Shown here in pieces: positions 26,986-40,733 of a stretch of 64,000 nt of DNA (within the stretch, counting starts at the first letter, position 1; each line of letters opens with the position of its first letter). The stretch covers positions 95,666,001 through 95,730,000 of the forward strand of contig NC_043001.1 in NCBI RefSeq assembly GCF_006345805.1. The letters run 5' to 3'. The position numbers and the translations under genes were made by a program. Source of the DNA: Octopus sinensis (Eukaryota). A model generated the notes under the pieces. The model saw only the letters and a program-made list of their open reading frames with translations, ran no database searches and was not told the origin of the DNA.

Positions 26986-28359
26986 TGTGCATGTATATAT
27001 ATATATATATACATACACGTGCACACACAAAGAAAGGGATAGAGTAGACGATTATAGATAATAAGAATAAAATCACATTTAATGTAGCGTAAAAGTTGCT
27101 AAACTCACTTCTCAAATTGTTGATGGGTACCATGTTAAAACTATGGAATCATGATTCATAACCGATATGAAATTTATTACAGTCAAGTAGCGGGGTTTTA
27201 CGTACAGATTCCGAATTACCCGTCACGCAGTGCAGTGACAGACGTTTTGAAGGCATCTTCTATTACTTAAATATTTTCCTTCGTACCCTGTCTTTTAGGC
27301 AGGAATCTTACAATCTTGGTCTTGAGTTATACAAGGAATGATTAGCAGTGTTTTGCAGCATAAATCCAGGTAGTATGGACCTTTATACTTTAGAATGACT
27401 GAGATGTTAACATGTTTTCGATCTGTTAACATCTCTGAAAACCGCTGCTCAAGTACCTTTTGCACATTTTGGTACCGGATATAGCGGAAATATCAGAGGG
27501 ATATCCACAAAATTTGTTTGTGCAATGCAGATGATTTGAAAATTGTATTCCAATTGTCCACAAAATTCAAAAGAACGTTTTTTAAATTAGCTATTTATAT
27601 ATACAACTCAGTATGATATGTGTTAAACACTTATAAAATATAATCGTAACATGCAAGCGGTTATATAACCGATAGTTTATGGACGATAATCTTGCAGGTC
27701 GCCAAGACACACGCATGATGCAGAAGCATAAACTAAATATATCCCATGAATATAATTGATTACATCGTGAAGTCACATATTTTTTCAATTAAGCTGCGTC
27801 ATGTAAAGTTAAATCAAAAGATAATTAGGGCAAATAACCAATATAATTAATAATATTTGTCATGTCGATGGGCGTGTTATTAAATATGCAAATAAAAACT
27901 AGATTATTTTAGAACATTTGAAATGAAGTTTTAATTTAACAAACCTAAATACATTCCTCTATATAGCCATTGATATATACTTATTTAAGAGTGTACATTA
28001 ATTCATTTATACGTGTGTGTATGTTTCTATGAATGTGTGAGTGATTGTGTGTGATTATGCTGTGAATGTTGTGTGCAATCATAAGTATATAATGGAACAA
28101 TAAATACACGATTTCTATAAACATTTGTTATAATTTTCTAAAAATATGCAATATCTTTCGTGCAGTATATTTATCTACATAAAATGTAAATAATGAGCAT
28201 ACACAAGGAACTCTTGTTAGTTGATCATATGGGTGAGTATCGTCATTCCGCTCTTAACGAAGGAGTTTATGCACACATTCTACTTGATATCTATTGATAT
28301 GTAGCATTTGACCGCTTTTTAATCAGAACTCAACACACAGACATACACAAAGCTTCAGG

Positions 28360-28615
28360 TGCACCACTTACTTAGTGCTTCGTGCTCACCACCACAGCGC
28401 TCGATTCCCGGACCTGGCTATGCGTTGCCTTCTTGGGCAACAGATTTTGCTCCAGTTCTCTCAGCTGTAGACATAGTTGCGGCTTCACTCTCACCAAAAG
28501 GTACCGGAGTTTGAGTTTCCCTCAGATAACATCGGTGGTTTGGAGAGAAGAGACCGACGTGCATGGGTGACAGCTGCTCTTCCATAAACAACTTTGGCCG
28601 GACTTATGCCTCAGT
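28360..28615 (+). mobile_element. Decayed SINE, head H2 plus tail Z
   Basis: ttgctccagttctctcagct and gataacatcg are shared with 34890-35105. Confidence 0.55.
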
Positions 28616-28882
28616 GTACTTACTTTGTGTATCCTTTACCCAAATAAATGTATAGTTGAGAAAGCACCTGTATAATAGTATTTACGTTCCTCTGTTTTTA
28701 ATGAACATATATAAATCTATATATATATTTGCATTGCTTATCTTATCGACATTTTAGAGTAAGTTTACAATTGCATAAGCAAATATGACTATTGTTGAGA
28801 GATAATTCCTCGGCAGGGACGAGACTCCATTTCCTGATATTATGACTATCACTATAACCAACGGCATAATTTTCCTGCTACA

Positions 28883-28885
<3 letters not shown>

Positions 28886-28943
<58 letters not shown>

Positions 28944-28950
28944 GTTATTA

Positions 28951-29003
<53 letters not shown>

Positions 29004-29260
29004 TATCATCCTCATTATTATTGTCTTTGCATAGCCTTTAACGAGGGATATATACTACGGTGCCAGTTGTTCACTACCAGAAGACTAATGTAACGCCCCT
29101 TATTTTTCAGGCATCATCCGGAGTATTCGAGCGGTTAAAATCAGTGCTGCTTTTTGCAAGTCGCCCACCTTTATTACAACCCATATTTGTTCCATGAACT
29201 TTTCAATATGTTTACTCACTGTAAATATTAGTGTCTCGTTGAACCACTAATCTGTACTTA
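28886..29260 (-). mobile_element. R4/Dong-like (restriction-like endonuclease) LINE 3' end with (AAT)n tail
   Basis: Minus strand: ...KHIEKFMEQIWVVIKVGDLQKAALILTARILRMMPEK* (cf. LQKAALLGTARILRKVL), then a short UTR and about 130 bp of (AAT)n. Confidence 0.7.
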
Positions 29261-29332
29261 TATTTATACTTCTACCCTTATAAAGCTTTATTTGCTGGAA
29301 AGTAAAACAATTGTGTTGCAATATTTTTCAAT

Positions 29333-29371
<39 letters not shown>

Positions 29372-29431
29372 ACACACACACACACACACATATATATATA
29401 CATATATATATATATACATATATATATTATA

Positions 29432-29481
<50 letters not shown>

Positions 29482-29497
29482 CATATATATATATAAA

Positions 29498-29880
29498 GTG
29501 GAGGCGCAATGGCCCAGTGGTTAGGGCAGCGAACACGCGGTCATAGGATCGCGGTTTCGATTCCCAGACCGGGCGTTGTGAGTGTTTATTGAGCGAAAAC
29601 ACCTAAAGCTCCACGAGGCTCCGGCAGGGGATGGTGGCGATCCCTGCTGTACTCTTTCACCACAACTTTCTCTCACTCTTACTTCCTGTTTCTGTTGTAC
29701 CTGTATTTCAAGGGGCCGGCCTTGTCACTCTGTGTCACGCTGAATATCCCCGAGAACTACGTTAATGGTACACGTGTCTGTGGAGTGCTCAGCCACTTAC
29801 ACGTTAATTTCACGAGCAGGCTGTTCCGTTGATTCGGATCTACCGGAACCCTCGTCGTCGCAACCGACGGAGTGCTTCCA
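29498..29880 (+). mobile_element. tRNA-like SINE, head H1 plus tail X, full length
   Basis: A-box tggcccagtgg, B-box gtttcgattcc. Tail shared with 35616-35800 and 63112-63260. Inserted in (TA)n. Confidence 0.9.
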
Positions 29881-29980
29881 TATATATATAAAAATAATTA
29901 TTTGAGGGAATATAAGTGAAAACTTACAGGGAAAAAAATCAATTTAGAAATACTAAATGAAATTTCACACAATATAATAA

Positions 29981-30043
<63 letters not shown>

Positions 30044-30697
30044 TATACGTAAATAAATAGAAAAGAAAAAACCTTTTATCAATTCAAAATGAACAATTAA
30101 ACTACACCATCTAGAAAATTACATATAATAGAAATATTAAAATTATGATAACAATAAAATATCAATGACTGAGTAAATATATATATATATACACACATTT
30201 AGATGAATACATTTCATGCAAACATGATATTCAATATTTATTTCATCTTAGATATTGTATCAGTTTATATTTCTTATGGCGGGCATGTATTATTTTTCTC
30301 AAACTTTTCACATTAAATTTTATGTCCACGCATAAAGTATAATTCGTCGTAACTTTAGCTTTTGTATAATTGCCCAGATGAGTAACGTATGTGCAAACCT
30401 ATTATACAAAAAGCACAATTTAATTATTGTTTGGACGAATTTGATGAAATTAATACTCAATGCAAGTTTAAACGTAATTCAAGTGTTGTAATATCTTTAA
30501 CAGAATGTGTATGTATAGGCAAGGCCGTATTCAATGTTCGAAATGTAATAAGCAATAAGCGTATTTCACCATCGTCGGCACTATTCAACATATAAATTTA
30601 AAATTTTCCTTACACACACACGCTCACACAGACAAACACAGATACACACTGACACAAACGCACACATATACACTGGCGCATACACACAATCACACAC

Positions 30698-30734
<37 letters not shown>

Positions 30735-32245
30735 AAAAGCAATAAAGATTCAAGTTAATTTAAATGAATTTACTTGAATATGGTACCTAACTTAATTAAT
30801 AATTAATTAATTGAGGCTTTAATTAATTGAGGCTTTATTTAATTTCAAACTCATAATTTTAAATCTTAATTTTAAATCTTAATTGTAATTTTTAATTTTA
30901 ATTCTTAACTTAATCTAATTTAAGTAGCATAACTTTAATAAAATAAAATGAGTTACTAAAGCCCCATAATTCTATTTCAAAATTAAATAAATAAGGCTAC
31001 TCCCCCGGTGATAATATGATTATCTTCATTATGATAGACAATTCCCTAACACCTTGTAAATGATCTTCTAAGATTTGACCTGTAGTCCGTCAATGTATGA
31101 ATAATAACGGCAACTCCTTAAGACAATAAAAGGAATAAATTAAATAAATAAATTTTAATGACTTTTTGATAAGATTATACTTAGATTTCCCTAATGTATT
31201 TTCTTTTGATTTTAGCCTCTGACCCCTAAACCCCTGACCGTGTTATCTCTTTAGATTCTCTTTAAATTCATAGCTGATTTCAGCAGCAATAAATTAGCTG
31301 TTTTACTGGTCAAAGAATAATATTCTCCTCTAGTTCCTAGATGCCTGTAAATTAAAACCAGACTTGCCGTCTACTAATTCTTCTGTATAACTAGAACCCT
31401 CTTTTTTTCTTTTTCTTTTTTTCCCTTCTTTCCCCTATTTCTTTCTCTTTTCTCTTTTTTCTTTTTTCTTCTTCTTATTCTCTCTTTTTCCTTTTCTCTT
31501 CTCTTTTAGTCCCCCTCCCCCCCCTTTTTGCTCCCTCCTCCTTTATTTTCTCTCTTTTCTTCTCTTCCCTTCCCTTTTCTGTTCTTGGCATCTCTAGAAA
31601 GCCCTTCAGCCTTTAAAAGTTAAATAGCTACAGCCTCTTGTAAATAGCAGTAATGTGATTAATGTGGCAAATACCTAATCATATAACAAGAATTGATACC
31701 TACCTCATTGTGTTCAACCATTGATAAATTTATCGCCTGTGAATATGAAATTCCTCTTCATTTCTCTGGAAATTTACATCTACACCATTGGAAATTGTGC
31801 ATCTATGCAAAGGATTAATTCACCCTCTCTGTAATGCTAATAAGCAGGAATTGAGACCCACCTCGTTGTGATTAACAATGGATAAATTTGTCGTCTGTGA
31901 GTATGTAATCCCTCCTCATATCTCTGGAAATTCATATGTGCACTATGGATTAGGTCACCTTCTCTGTGATGCTATTAAAACTTTTTTAAAATTCTGTGAT
32001 AAGACTGTACATCATCCTTAAAGAAGTTTAATGAACTTTGGAAATCTGTTTATGTTACTTGATTATCTACATTACTTCATGAGTATAGCCTCAACCACTA
32101 GGATGTCTAGAGAACTCACATGTATTTTAGCTGATGAGTACGGGACACGTTTATATGCTGTAATTTTTGCAACTTTTAATAAAGCCTGTCCTTGTATGAA
32201 ACGATTGTACTAAAAACCTATCCATTCTTGTTGCTTCTTTCTCGC

Positions 32246-32247
<2 letters not shown>
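30735..32247 (+). mobile_element. Largely non-coding PLE-derived element ending in a hammerhead
   Basis: Bounded by (TA)n. Pyrimidine tract at 31400-31590, diverged ~160-bp internal duplication at 31698-31978, hammerhead 30 nt from the 3' end. The left boundary is uncertain. Confidence 0.55.
32125..32215 (+). ncRNA. Type-I hammerhead ribozyme with long stem II
   Basis: ttttag-CTGATGA-gtacgggaca(loop)tgtccttgtat-GAA-ACGATTGT-A-ctaaaa. 6-bp stem I, GUA cut after 32209. Confidence 0.8.
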
Positions 32248-32283
<36 letters not shown>

Positions 32284-33000
32284 GTATTGCATTAACGCGA
32301 ATATGTAGCTTGACTGATCATACGTAAAGTATTAAATATATCATCACTATAAAATAAAGAGGCTCCGCAATGATGTGACGAAGAGTTACATGCATAAATA
32401 TACCTGGAATGCATTGTGATATTCACAACTCTTTGATACTTGGATTCAGTTACTCTGCAACTTTCATTGCTATATTATGCAATAATTGTTATATTGTGCA
32501 AAAGCGTAAAGTCGGTCAATGAGATCAAAATGCACAATTTTCCATTCAGTCTCTTAGTTATCAAAGAATGATGAAGATTTGATATATAATATACCTTTAT
32601 ATTGTTTCCAGGATTGCTTTCAATGCCTTTTGCAAAACTTTAACCACGCTTCCATGTAAAAAAAATTGAGATGCGAGGGGAGCCAAACAACTAAAGCCTA
32701 CTACTATCGAAATATAGGAGAATTTACGTAATAAAATATTTCATTCTATGTATAAATACTTATTTTCACTGAAATTACATCCTGACATGCGTGGCTTATA
32801 TTTGACGATATGGAGGAAGGTATACCTTAATCACGAATGATTTCATCATATTAAATATCCCTATAAATGGATTATATTCCTCCTGTCTAATTATGCAGCC
32901 TTAGCCTCTAATGTCGTTAATTGTAAACACAAAGGATTTCTACCGACATCTAATGTTAGCAAAACGTCTACAAAATGCAACCATATATATATATATAACA

Positions 33001-33040
<40 letters not shown>

Positions 33041-33626
33041 TGTACATAAACGCATATATGTGTGTGTGTGTGTGTGTGTGCGTGTGTGTGTGCGTGTGTG
33101 TGTATGTGTGTGTCTGTTTGTGCTTGTGTGTGTGTATGCTTCCAGTAAAAAAGGGGAGAGAGAGAGAGAGAGAGTACTGTAACATCAGACTAGATAGAAA
33201 TGTAATTATCATCCTTTCACCTTCCGCTGGGAAATTAGCAGAATTGACGCAATATATTCCTGGTGATTATTTGCATTTTAAGTTACCAATATCATGTAAA
33301 ATTTGCACTGTACATTATCCTTCTTGTTTATGAGGGACGATTATTTGCCGGAATCCTTTCAAATATATTGAAATCCCTGTATTCTGTAAGTGGTTGTAAA
33401 GGGATTTCTTAACTGGATTTTGTGGTGTAGAATTTTCCTTCCCAGCCTCATGATTCTCAATTGAATCATGCAGAGGGGCAACTGGGTACGTGTTTCCTTG
33501 TATATCGGATGGCGAACTAAAGTCGTGTGAGTATATTTTGGGATGGAAAATGAACGAAGTCCGATGTATGTGAGTGCATGTATGAAATATATTGATACGT
33601 ATCTATATATGTTTGCGTATATGTAT

Positions 33627-34372
33627 GTATTTAAAGATTTGAACTTACCGAAATCTTTGCCTTGGACCGAACCAACGAGAGTGCTACGAAGTTTTTTTCA
33701 TTATTTGGAGATTCTCTCGATCTCAGGATTTAACTATATATATTGGCGTTTTTCTCTTTATGTTTGTCCCGTCCCTGCGTAACAAATGGTGGTGGTTTGT
33801 TTACATCCCAGTATGTGTGTATTTAAAGATTTGAACTTACCGAAATCTGTGTGCCTTGGACCGGACCAGCGAGAGTGCTATGAAGTTTTTTCTTATTGAG
33901 ATTCTCTCGATCTCAGGATTTAACTATATGTATTGGTGTCTTTCTATTTATGTTTGTCCTACCCCTGCGTAACAAATGGTGTTGGTTTTTTTTACAACCC
34001 AGTAACGTAGTGGTTTGCAATAAGAGACTCATAGCGTCAAGCTAAAAACAATAGTACTAATTTCGATTTCTTTGACTATACCGGTACATCCCAGTATGTG
34101 TGTATTTAAAGATTTGAACTTACCGAAATATGTGTGCCTTGGACCGAACCAACGAGAGTGCTATGAAGTTTTTTTCTTTTTTTTGAGATTCTCTCGATCT
34201 CAGGATTTAACTATATGTATTGGCGTCTTTCTATTTATGTTTGTCCCACCCCTGCGTAACAAATGGTGTTGGTTGTTTTTACAACCCAGTAACGTAGTGG
34301 TTTACAATAAGAGACTCATAGTGTCAAGCTAAAAACAATAGTACTAATTTCGATTTCTTTGACTATACCGTT
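33627..34372 (+). repeat. Three-copy tandem repeat (starts 33627, 33819, 34102) including a SINE A fragment
   Basis: gtatttaaagatttgaacttaccgaaat recurs at spacings of 192 and 283 bp. Confidence 0.9.
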
Positions 34373-34889
34373 CATGACAGTACCCTAGAATGTTTGCTTA
34401 AGTAAAATATAAAATGTATTACAAAATTAAAATATACAGCAAGAATTCACCCGCTATATATTTTTTGATAGCAGATTAATGGTTTTCAATTTGTCACGAA
34501 AATTGTATGTCTACCAGTTATATTATTGTCACGTATTCCTTAGTTTATTTCACTTTCAGCATACAACATATTTACGTTCCCGTTCGATTAAGTTATCGCA
34601 TTATACCATTCACATACTAAAGATCGTGAAAGGTATGTGTTCATAGAAATAGCTTAACTATTATTCTTAAGTGATACAGATTTCTTCCCATCTTACATGT
34701 ATTTACAGAGAACTGTGCTTCAAATCAACATAAGTACTCACCAACACTCTACCTCACGTATCTAGAATTATCGTTTTATGAATTTATTATCCAAATTTCA
34801 CTACGCATAAAATTTATATAAAGCGTATTTTAATTCCATATTCACTTAAATTTCCAATTTTCTATAATCCATGATGCATTTCGTAAACA

Positions 34890-35105
34890 AAGGGTCGGAC
34901 TCGGGATCATGATGTAGTGAGTTTGATTCCCAGACGCGGAGATGCATGTTGTGTTCTCGAGCAAAACACTCTATTTAACGTTGTTCCAGTTCTCTCAGCT
35001 ACAAAAAAGAGTTGCGACGTCACTGGTACCAAGCAGTATTAATCATGGCCCTTCCCTTGGATAACATCGCTGTCATGGGGAGATTTGGCTGTCATGTATG
35101 ACCGG
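34890..35105 (+). mobile_element. Decayed SINE, head H2 plus tail Z
   Basis: gtgttctcgagcaaaacactctatttaacgttgttccagttctctcagct matches head H2. Confidence 0.65.
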
Positions 35106-35615
35106 ACATCTACCTCGAATATGAAGTTTCATGGTGCAAGTTCATGGAAATTAAAGCGTTGGATGACCGTAGACACTGCTAAGTTTTCCCGCCCTTTCAG
35201 ATAACTTGCAGAGAACATTTGTATAGTGTTTTTGAACAACATTTTTCGCTCGAAAATTTCTCTCGCTATCAAGCAGACTTGATATGCCTGCCGGTTTAGT
35301 AGCCGACGGCCCAGCCATGTGACAGCTTGTTGCATGTTACAGGTAGCATTAACAAATAGAATAAATAGACACATCAACGAATTCACACGTATGTTTGTAT
35401 TAACGTAAGTATAAAGAATTCTCAAAAGAACCAACTAATCTTCAGTCTAGAATTTTTCTCATTTACTCAGTAGTTGAATTCATCTTGAGGCAAATAGTCT
35501 GAGATTACAATCATACAAAAGTATTCAGTACACCAATAGAGGTTTATCTTTCTAGGAAGGACTAAGCACATGTTCGTGTTCTCATAATTCCTAATAATCT
35601 GCTTGTAAGACATTT

Positions 35616-35945
35616 CTAAAAAAAAGACTCCGCCGGTTACGACGACGAGGGTCCCAGCTGATACGATCAACGGAACAGCTTGCTCGTGAAATTAACGTGC
35701 AAATGGCTGAGCATTCCACAGGCACGTGTACCCTTAACGTAGTTCTCGGGGATAATCAGCGTGACACAGAGAGTGACAAGGCTGACCCTTTGAAATACAA
35801 GTACAACTCATTTTTGCCAGCTGAGTGGACTAGAGCAACGTGAAATAAAGTGTCTTGCTCAAGGACACAACGCGTCGCCGGGAATCGAACTCACAACCTT
35901 ACGATCATGAGCCGAATGCCCTAACCACTAAGCCACGCGCCCTCA
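35616..35945 (-). mobile_element. tRNA-like SINE, head H2 (CORE-like) plus tail X, with 14-bp target-site duplication
   Basis: TSD cttgtaagacattt at 35602-35615 and 35946-35959. A-box tggcttagtgg, B-box gttcgattcc. Confidence 0.93.
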
Positions 35946-36558
35946 CTTGTAAGACATTTACACAGTAGGAGAATAGCGTTACCAAACACTGTCTATTTCT
36001 CTACGCAAAGACAACTGGTTATTATTTTACCCTTGGGAGTAAAGGCTTTTACATATGTGTTCCGACTGTACAGAAATCAAGGAAGGTATTAACTTGATAT
36101 GACCTGTTTTAAAACTGTGAATTCTTGTATCATAATAGTAATGTATAATGTTCTAAGGAGAACTGGTGTTTGCTATGTTTCTACTCTAAAAATATTATAC
36201 TCAGATAATTTTACATTCGTATAGTTTGGATTAACACACTTATGGACAAGTATGTGCATTGATGTACGTTGGTGTGAATAATATGCACCAGAGCATATAC
36301 ATACCCTGCCTTATGATTCTGTATCATCATTCAATAAAAGTTATTAGCCATCTCATCTGGCGTTTACAGAGTTCTTTTACTTTCTCAGGGAACAACCACG
36401 TTACAGTAAAAGATCGTTCATAGCATGAAATGTGTGGTCGCTCACGTGCATCACGCATATGTAAGTATGTATATATATATATATATATAATATTATATGA
36501 AAATATTTATCTATATATACAAAGATGCATATTAACATGCATATGAATATATAATATG

Positions 36559-36668
<110 letters not shown>

Positions 36669-36679
36669 TATATATATAT

Positions 36680-37207
36680 GTATGTATATATATATACATA
36701 CATACATACATACATACATAATTACGTACGTAATGTATCTTCTGTTAGTATATGCTTATTTTGTGCCGCATGACTTTACACTAGTATCGTGGTAAACAGG
36801 TTTATGCATGACCTTATTTATACAAAGATAAAAATTCTATTCAAATACATAGCATATTACATGTGTAGAGTTAATGAAAAAAAATCTAACTTAATTTTAC
36901 GTTATTCTATTTTCTATTCTATCAACAACGTTTGAATGCATATTCGTAATGGAAATTGAAATCTTTCATTCTTTCACGCAAACGTGTTATTGACAGGCGC
37001 ACAGCACATGACAACAGAACGTATGCATATTATTTTTTTAGTATTTTAGCTATTATAAAACTCGATGAAATTTTTTACTCATATACCAATTTTAAGTTTT
37101 CCGTGAAACGAGCATAAAAGCAATTATATATTAAATCATTAACAGTTGCATGTTTAATCATGTGTGCCTGTGCATATAAAATTTTGTGTGTGTGAGTGTT
37201 CATACAT

Positions 37208-37241
<34 letters not shown>

Positions 37242-38007
37242 ACACATATATTTTATATATAATATATATATATTACACATATATATATATATATATCTAT
37301 GTATGTGTAATGTAATAGTTTACAAAAAACATTGGTTTCATATCTAGCATGAATTTGACATCACTTCAGTGTATCAAGCAAAGATAGTCTCAAACAGAAG
37401 CAGCACATATATCAGTAACATCAATGCCGACACAGGGACAGACACGAAAATTGATGTCGGATCCAAATTTATGTGAATCATAATTCGAAATTCGCCTGAT
37501 CAACCACAGATCTTCTTTAGGGTCCCGGAGAGACGCAACGCAACAACACTCGCTTCATACGTATGGCGCCTAAAGGCGGAATACATTGGAAACTTTTGGA
37601 CACTATCGTAATGGAACAAGACTGTGTAAATTGTGTATGGTAGAAATATGTATTTTCTCCTCAACACTCATATGAGCCAAGAGGCTACATGAACTCCACG
37701 ACCGAAGCTGCGGTGAGTAGTCCGATTTTCGAAAACCTAGCTATCAAGCGAAGGATAAAAGTCGGCTGGCCGTAATTTTTGAAGAGGAATATTGCTTGAA
37801 CTATCACCGCGGTCTTGTGTTTAAAAAATACATTCTTTCTATAGAACATTCATCTTTTAAAGAAACTGAGATGTCTAGTTTACGCTAGATAAGAACCAAT
37901 GGCTTTTTTTCTAAACTATTACGTTACACATAAGAAATAAACAACTGGTCTATATTTTATACAGTATGCTCTTTCCTTGAATTGTGATATTGTAACGAAG
38001 ATATATA

Positions 38008-38088
<81 letters not shown>

Positions 38089-38639
38089 ATATATATACAT
38101 ACATACATACATACATAATTACGTACGTAATGTATCTTCTGTTAGTATATGCTTATTTTGTGCCGCATGACTTTACACTAGTATCGTGGTAAACAGGTTT
38201 ATGCATGACCTTATTTATACAAAGATAAAAATTCTATTCAAATACATAGCATATTACATGTGTAGAGTTAATGAAAAAAAATCTAACTTAATTTTACGTT
38301 ATTTCATATTTCTATCAACAACGTTTGAATGCATATTCGTAATGGAAATTGAAACATTCTTTCATCGCAAACGTGTTATTGACAGGCGCACAGCACATGA
38401 CAACAGAACGTATGCATATAATTTTTTTAGTATTTTAGCTATTATAAAACTCGATGAAATTTTTTACTCATATACCAATTTTAAGTTTTCCGTGAAACGA
38501 GCATAAAAGCAATTATATATTAAATCATTAACAGTTGCATGTTTAATCATGTGTGCCTGTGCATATAAAAATTTTGTGTGTGTGAGTGTTCATACATACA
38601 TACATATATATATATTATATATATATATATACACACACA

Positions 38640-38678
<39 letters not shown>

Positions 38679-39395
38679 TATATATATATATCTATGTATG
38701 TGTAATGTAATAGTTTACAAAAAAACATTGGTTTCATATCTAGCATGAATTTGACATCACTTCAGTGTATCAAGCAAAGATAGTCTCAAACAGAAGCAGC
38801 ACATATATCAGTAACATCAATGCCGACACAGGGACAGACACGAAAATTGATGTCGGATCCAAATTTATGTGAATCATAATTCGAAATTCGCCTGATCAAC
38901 CACAGATCTTCTTTAGGGTCCCGGAGAGACGCAACGCAACAACACTCGCTTCATACGTATGGCGCCTAAAGGCGGAATACATTGGAAACTTTTGGACACT
39001 ATCGTAATGGAACAAGACTGTGTAAATTGTGTATGGTAGAAATATGTATTTTCCTCATCAACTCATATGAGCCAAGAGGCTACATGAACTCCACGACCGA
39101 AGCTGCGGTGAGTAGTCCGATTTTCGAAAACCTAGCTATCAAGCGAAGGATGAAAAGTCGGCTGGCCGTAATTTTTGAAGAGGAATATTGCTTGAACTAT
39201 CACCGGCGGTCTTGTGTTTAAAAAATACATTCTTTCTATAGAACATTCATCTTTTAAAGAAACTGAGATGTCTAGTTTACGCTAGATAAGAACCAATGGC
39301 TTTTTTTCTAAACTATTACGTTACACATAAGAAATAAACAACTGGTCTATATTTTATACAGTATGCTCTTTCCTTGAATTGTGATATTGTAACGA

Positions 39396-39400
<5 letters not shown>
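36680..39400. repeat. About 1.3-kb near-identical tandem duplication (36680-38003 and 38078-39400)
   Basis: Colinear throughout, joined at (TA)n; differences are mostly small clustered indels. Confidence 0.92.
38750..39200 (+). mobile_element. Decayed PLE GIY-YIG fragment (duplicate at about 37350-37800)
   Basis: VYQAKIV...FEIRLINHRSS...YRNGTRLCKLCMVE...YMNSTTE matches the PLE C-terminal CxLCxxE...LNxRxE pattern. Confidence 0.6.
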
Positions 39401-39477
<77 letters not shown>

Positions 39478-39632
39478 GAAATACAAAATGGGACAAAACG
39501 CAAAACATCCGGAGAGTTAAGTGATACAAAAATGTGACAGCAAAACATACAGATAGACGAGACAAAGAAAACATGGACGGGGCATCCGAAATTTTCTTTC
39601 CTCAGTAAAATACCAGATTATCTTCGCAATTT
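39478..39632 (-). mobile_element. Terminal-repeat fragment of the family at 63420-64000
   Basis: Reverse complement gaaattgcgaagataatctgg matches 63971-63990; ends at (TA)n. Confidence 0.6.
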
Positions 39633-39738
39633 CCTCCCCAACAGAAATTAAATAGCCACAGGTATGGATTGCTGGGTTAATGACCGCAATATATTTAGCC
39701 GCGTTCGACTATTACAGATTTATTTAATTCCTGTATTC

Positions 39739-39957
39739 TTGTATTTAGGAATGGTCATTTTGCCAGCTTAGCCAATAAAAACACACGCACTATATATTCG
39801 GTGCTACTTTGCTTCAGCTTTATTTATTTTTTACATTAATTTTAATCTTATTTCGGCCAGTTCTTTCGTCACACATCAGTGACCTCATCGGTAACACCAA
39901 ATTTATAGTGTGTGTTTTTATTGGCTAAGCTGGCAAAATGACCATTCCTAAATACAA
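39739..39957. repeat. Inverted repeat (about 68-bp arms, 39739-39807 and 39891-39957) with a degenerate hammerhead core in the spacer
   Basis: Arms are near-perfect complements. The minus-strand spacer reads CCGATGA-g-gtcac(tgatgt)gtgac-GAAA. Confidence 0.8.
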
Positions 39958-40439
39958 TATGTTTTAACACCCGATTTCACATCAACAATTTTGCAAAACA
40001 AATATATTTAATTCCTATCTTCCTTCATTTAATTACATAAACAAAGATAAACGTATAAATATTAGTTTCAAATTTTGACGCCCGATCATCATATAGACTC
40101 AAAGGATAGGAAGTGGAGTCGACCTCAGCGGAATAATTAATCAACGCATAAAATCGGACGAAATGCTGCAAAGTAGTTTGAGTGGCGTACTGATGAGACA
40201 CGCAGATCACCACCTTATGAATGTATGAATATTAAGTGTATAGATTTTCAAATATTTATAAGTAAAATAGAAACATATATATGTTACGGGAAACGTAACG
40301 CATTCTAGAATTTTGCCAGATTAAGCATTCTAACTGGAGGTTATTGGATACCAAGTCAACGAATCTTCGAATTGACTCACTAGCACGCCATTAGTAATGT
40401 TATTATTTAAAATCACTCTTCATATGTATTCAATGGTTG

Positions 40440-40472
<33 letters not shown>

Positions 40473-40603
40473 AAAATAGGAGAAAATCTTTATAAGAATT
40501 TATCAAGTAGTTAGCTTAAAAAACCTCATAAGGGAAAAAAAATTATTCCCTATGAATATAATGAATATATTTATATGAAGTGCATTTATGTATAGTAATG
40601 CCC

Positions 40604-40638
<35 letters not shown>

Positions 40639-40697
40639 CCAGTGATTAAATACATACATACACACATACAACATGCATACATACATACATACATACA

Positions 40698-40733
<36 letters not shown>

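Noticed and set aside
27401-27435. 12-bp perfect hairpin gagatgttaaca/tgttaacatctc as a pre-miRNA
   Set aside because: The stem is too short and does not extend.
29498-29575. tRNA gene
   Set aside because: Has A and B boxes but runs into a repeated SINE body with no full cloverleaf or terminator. The same applies to the other SINE heads.
35960-36405. Possible solo LTR (AATAAA upstream of a …gttaca end)
   Set aside because: No matching 5' terminus, TSD or second copy found.
40190-40215. Isolated CTGANGA matches (also about 924, 5060, 11625, 44330, 61512)
   Set aside because: No correctly placed GAAA with closing stems I and III; chance matches or too decayed to call.
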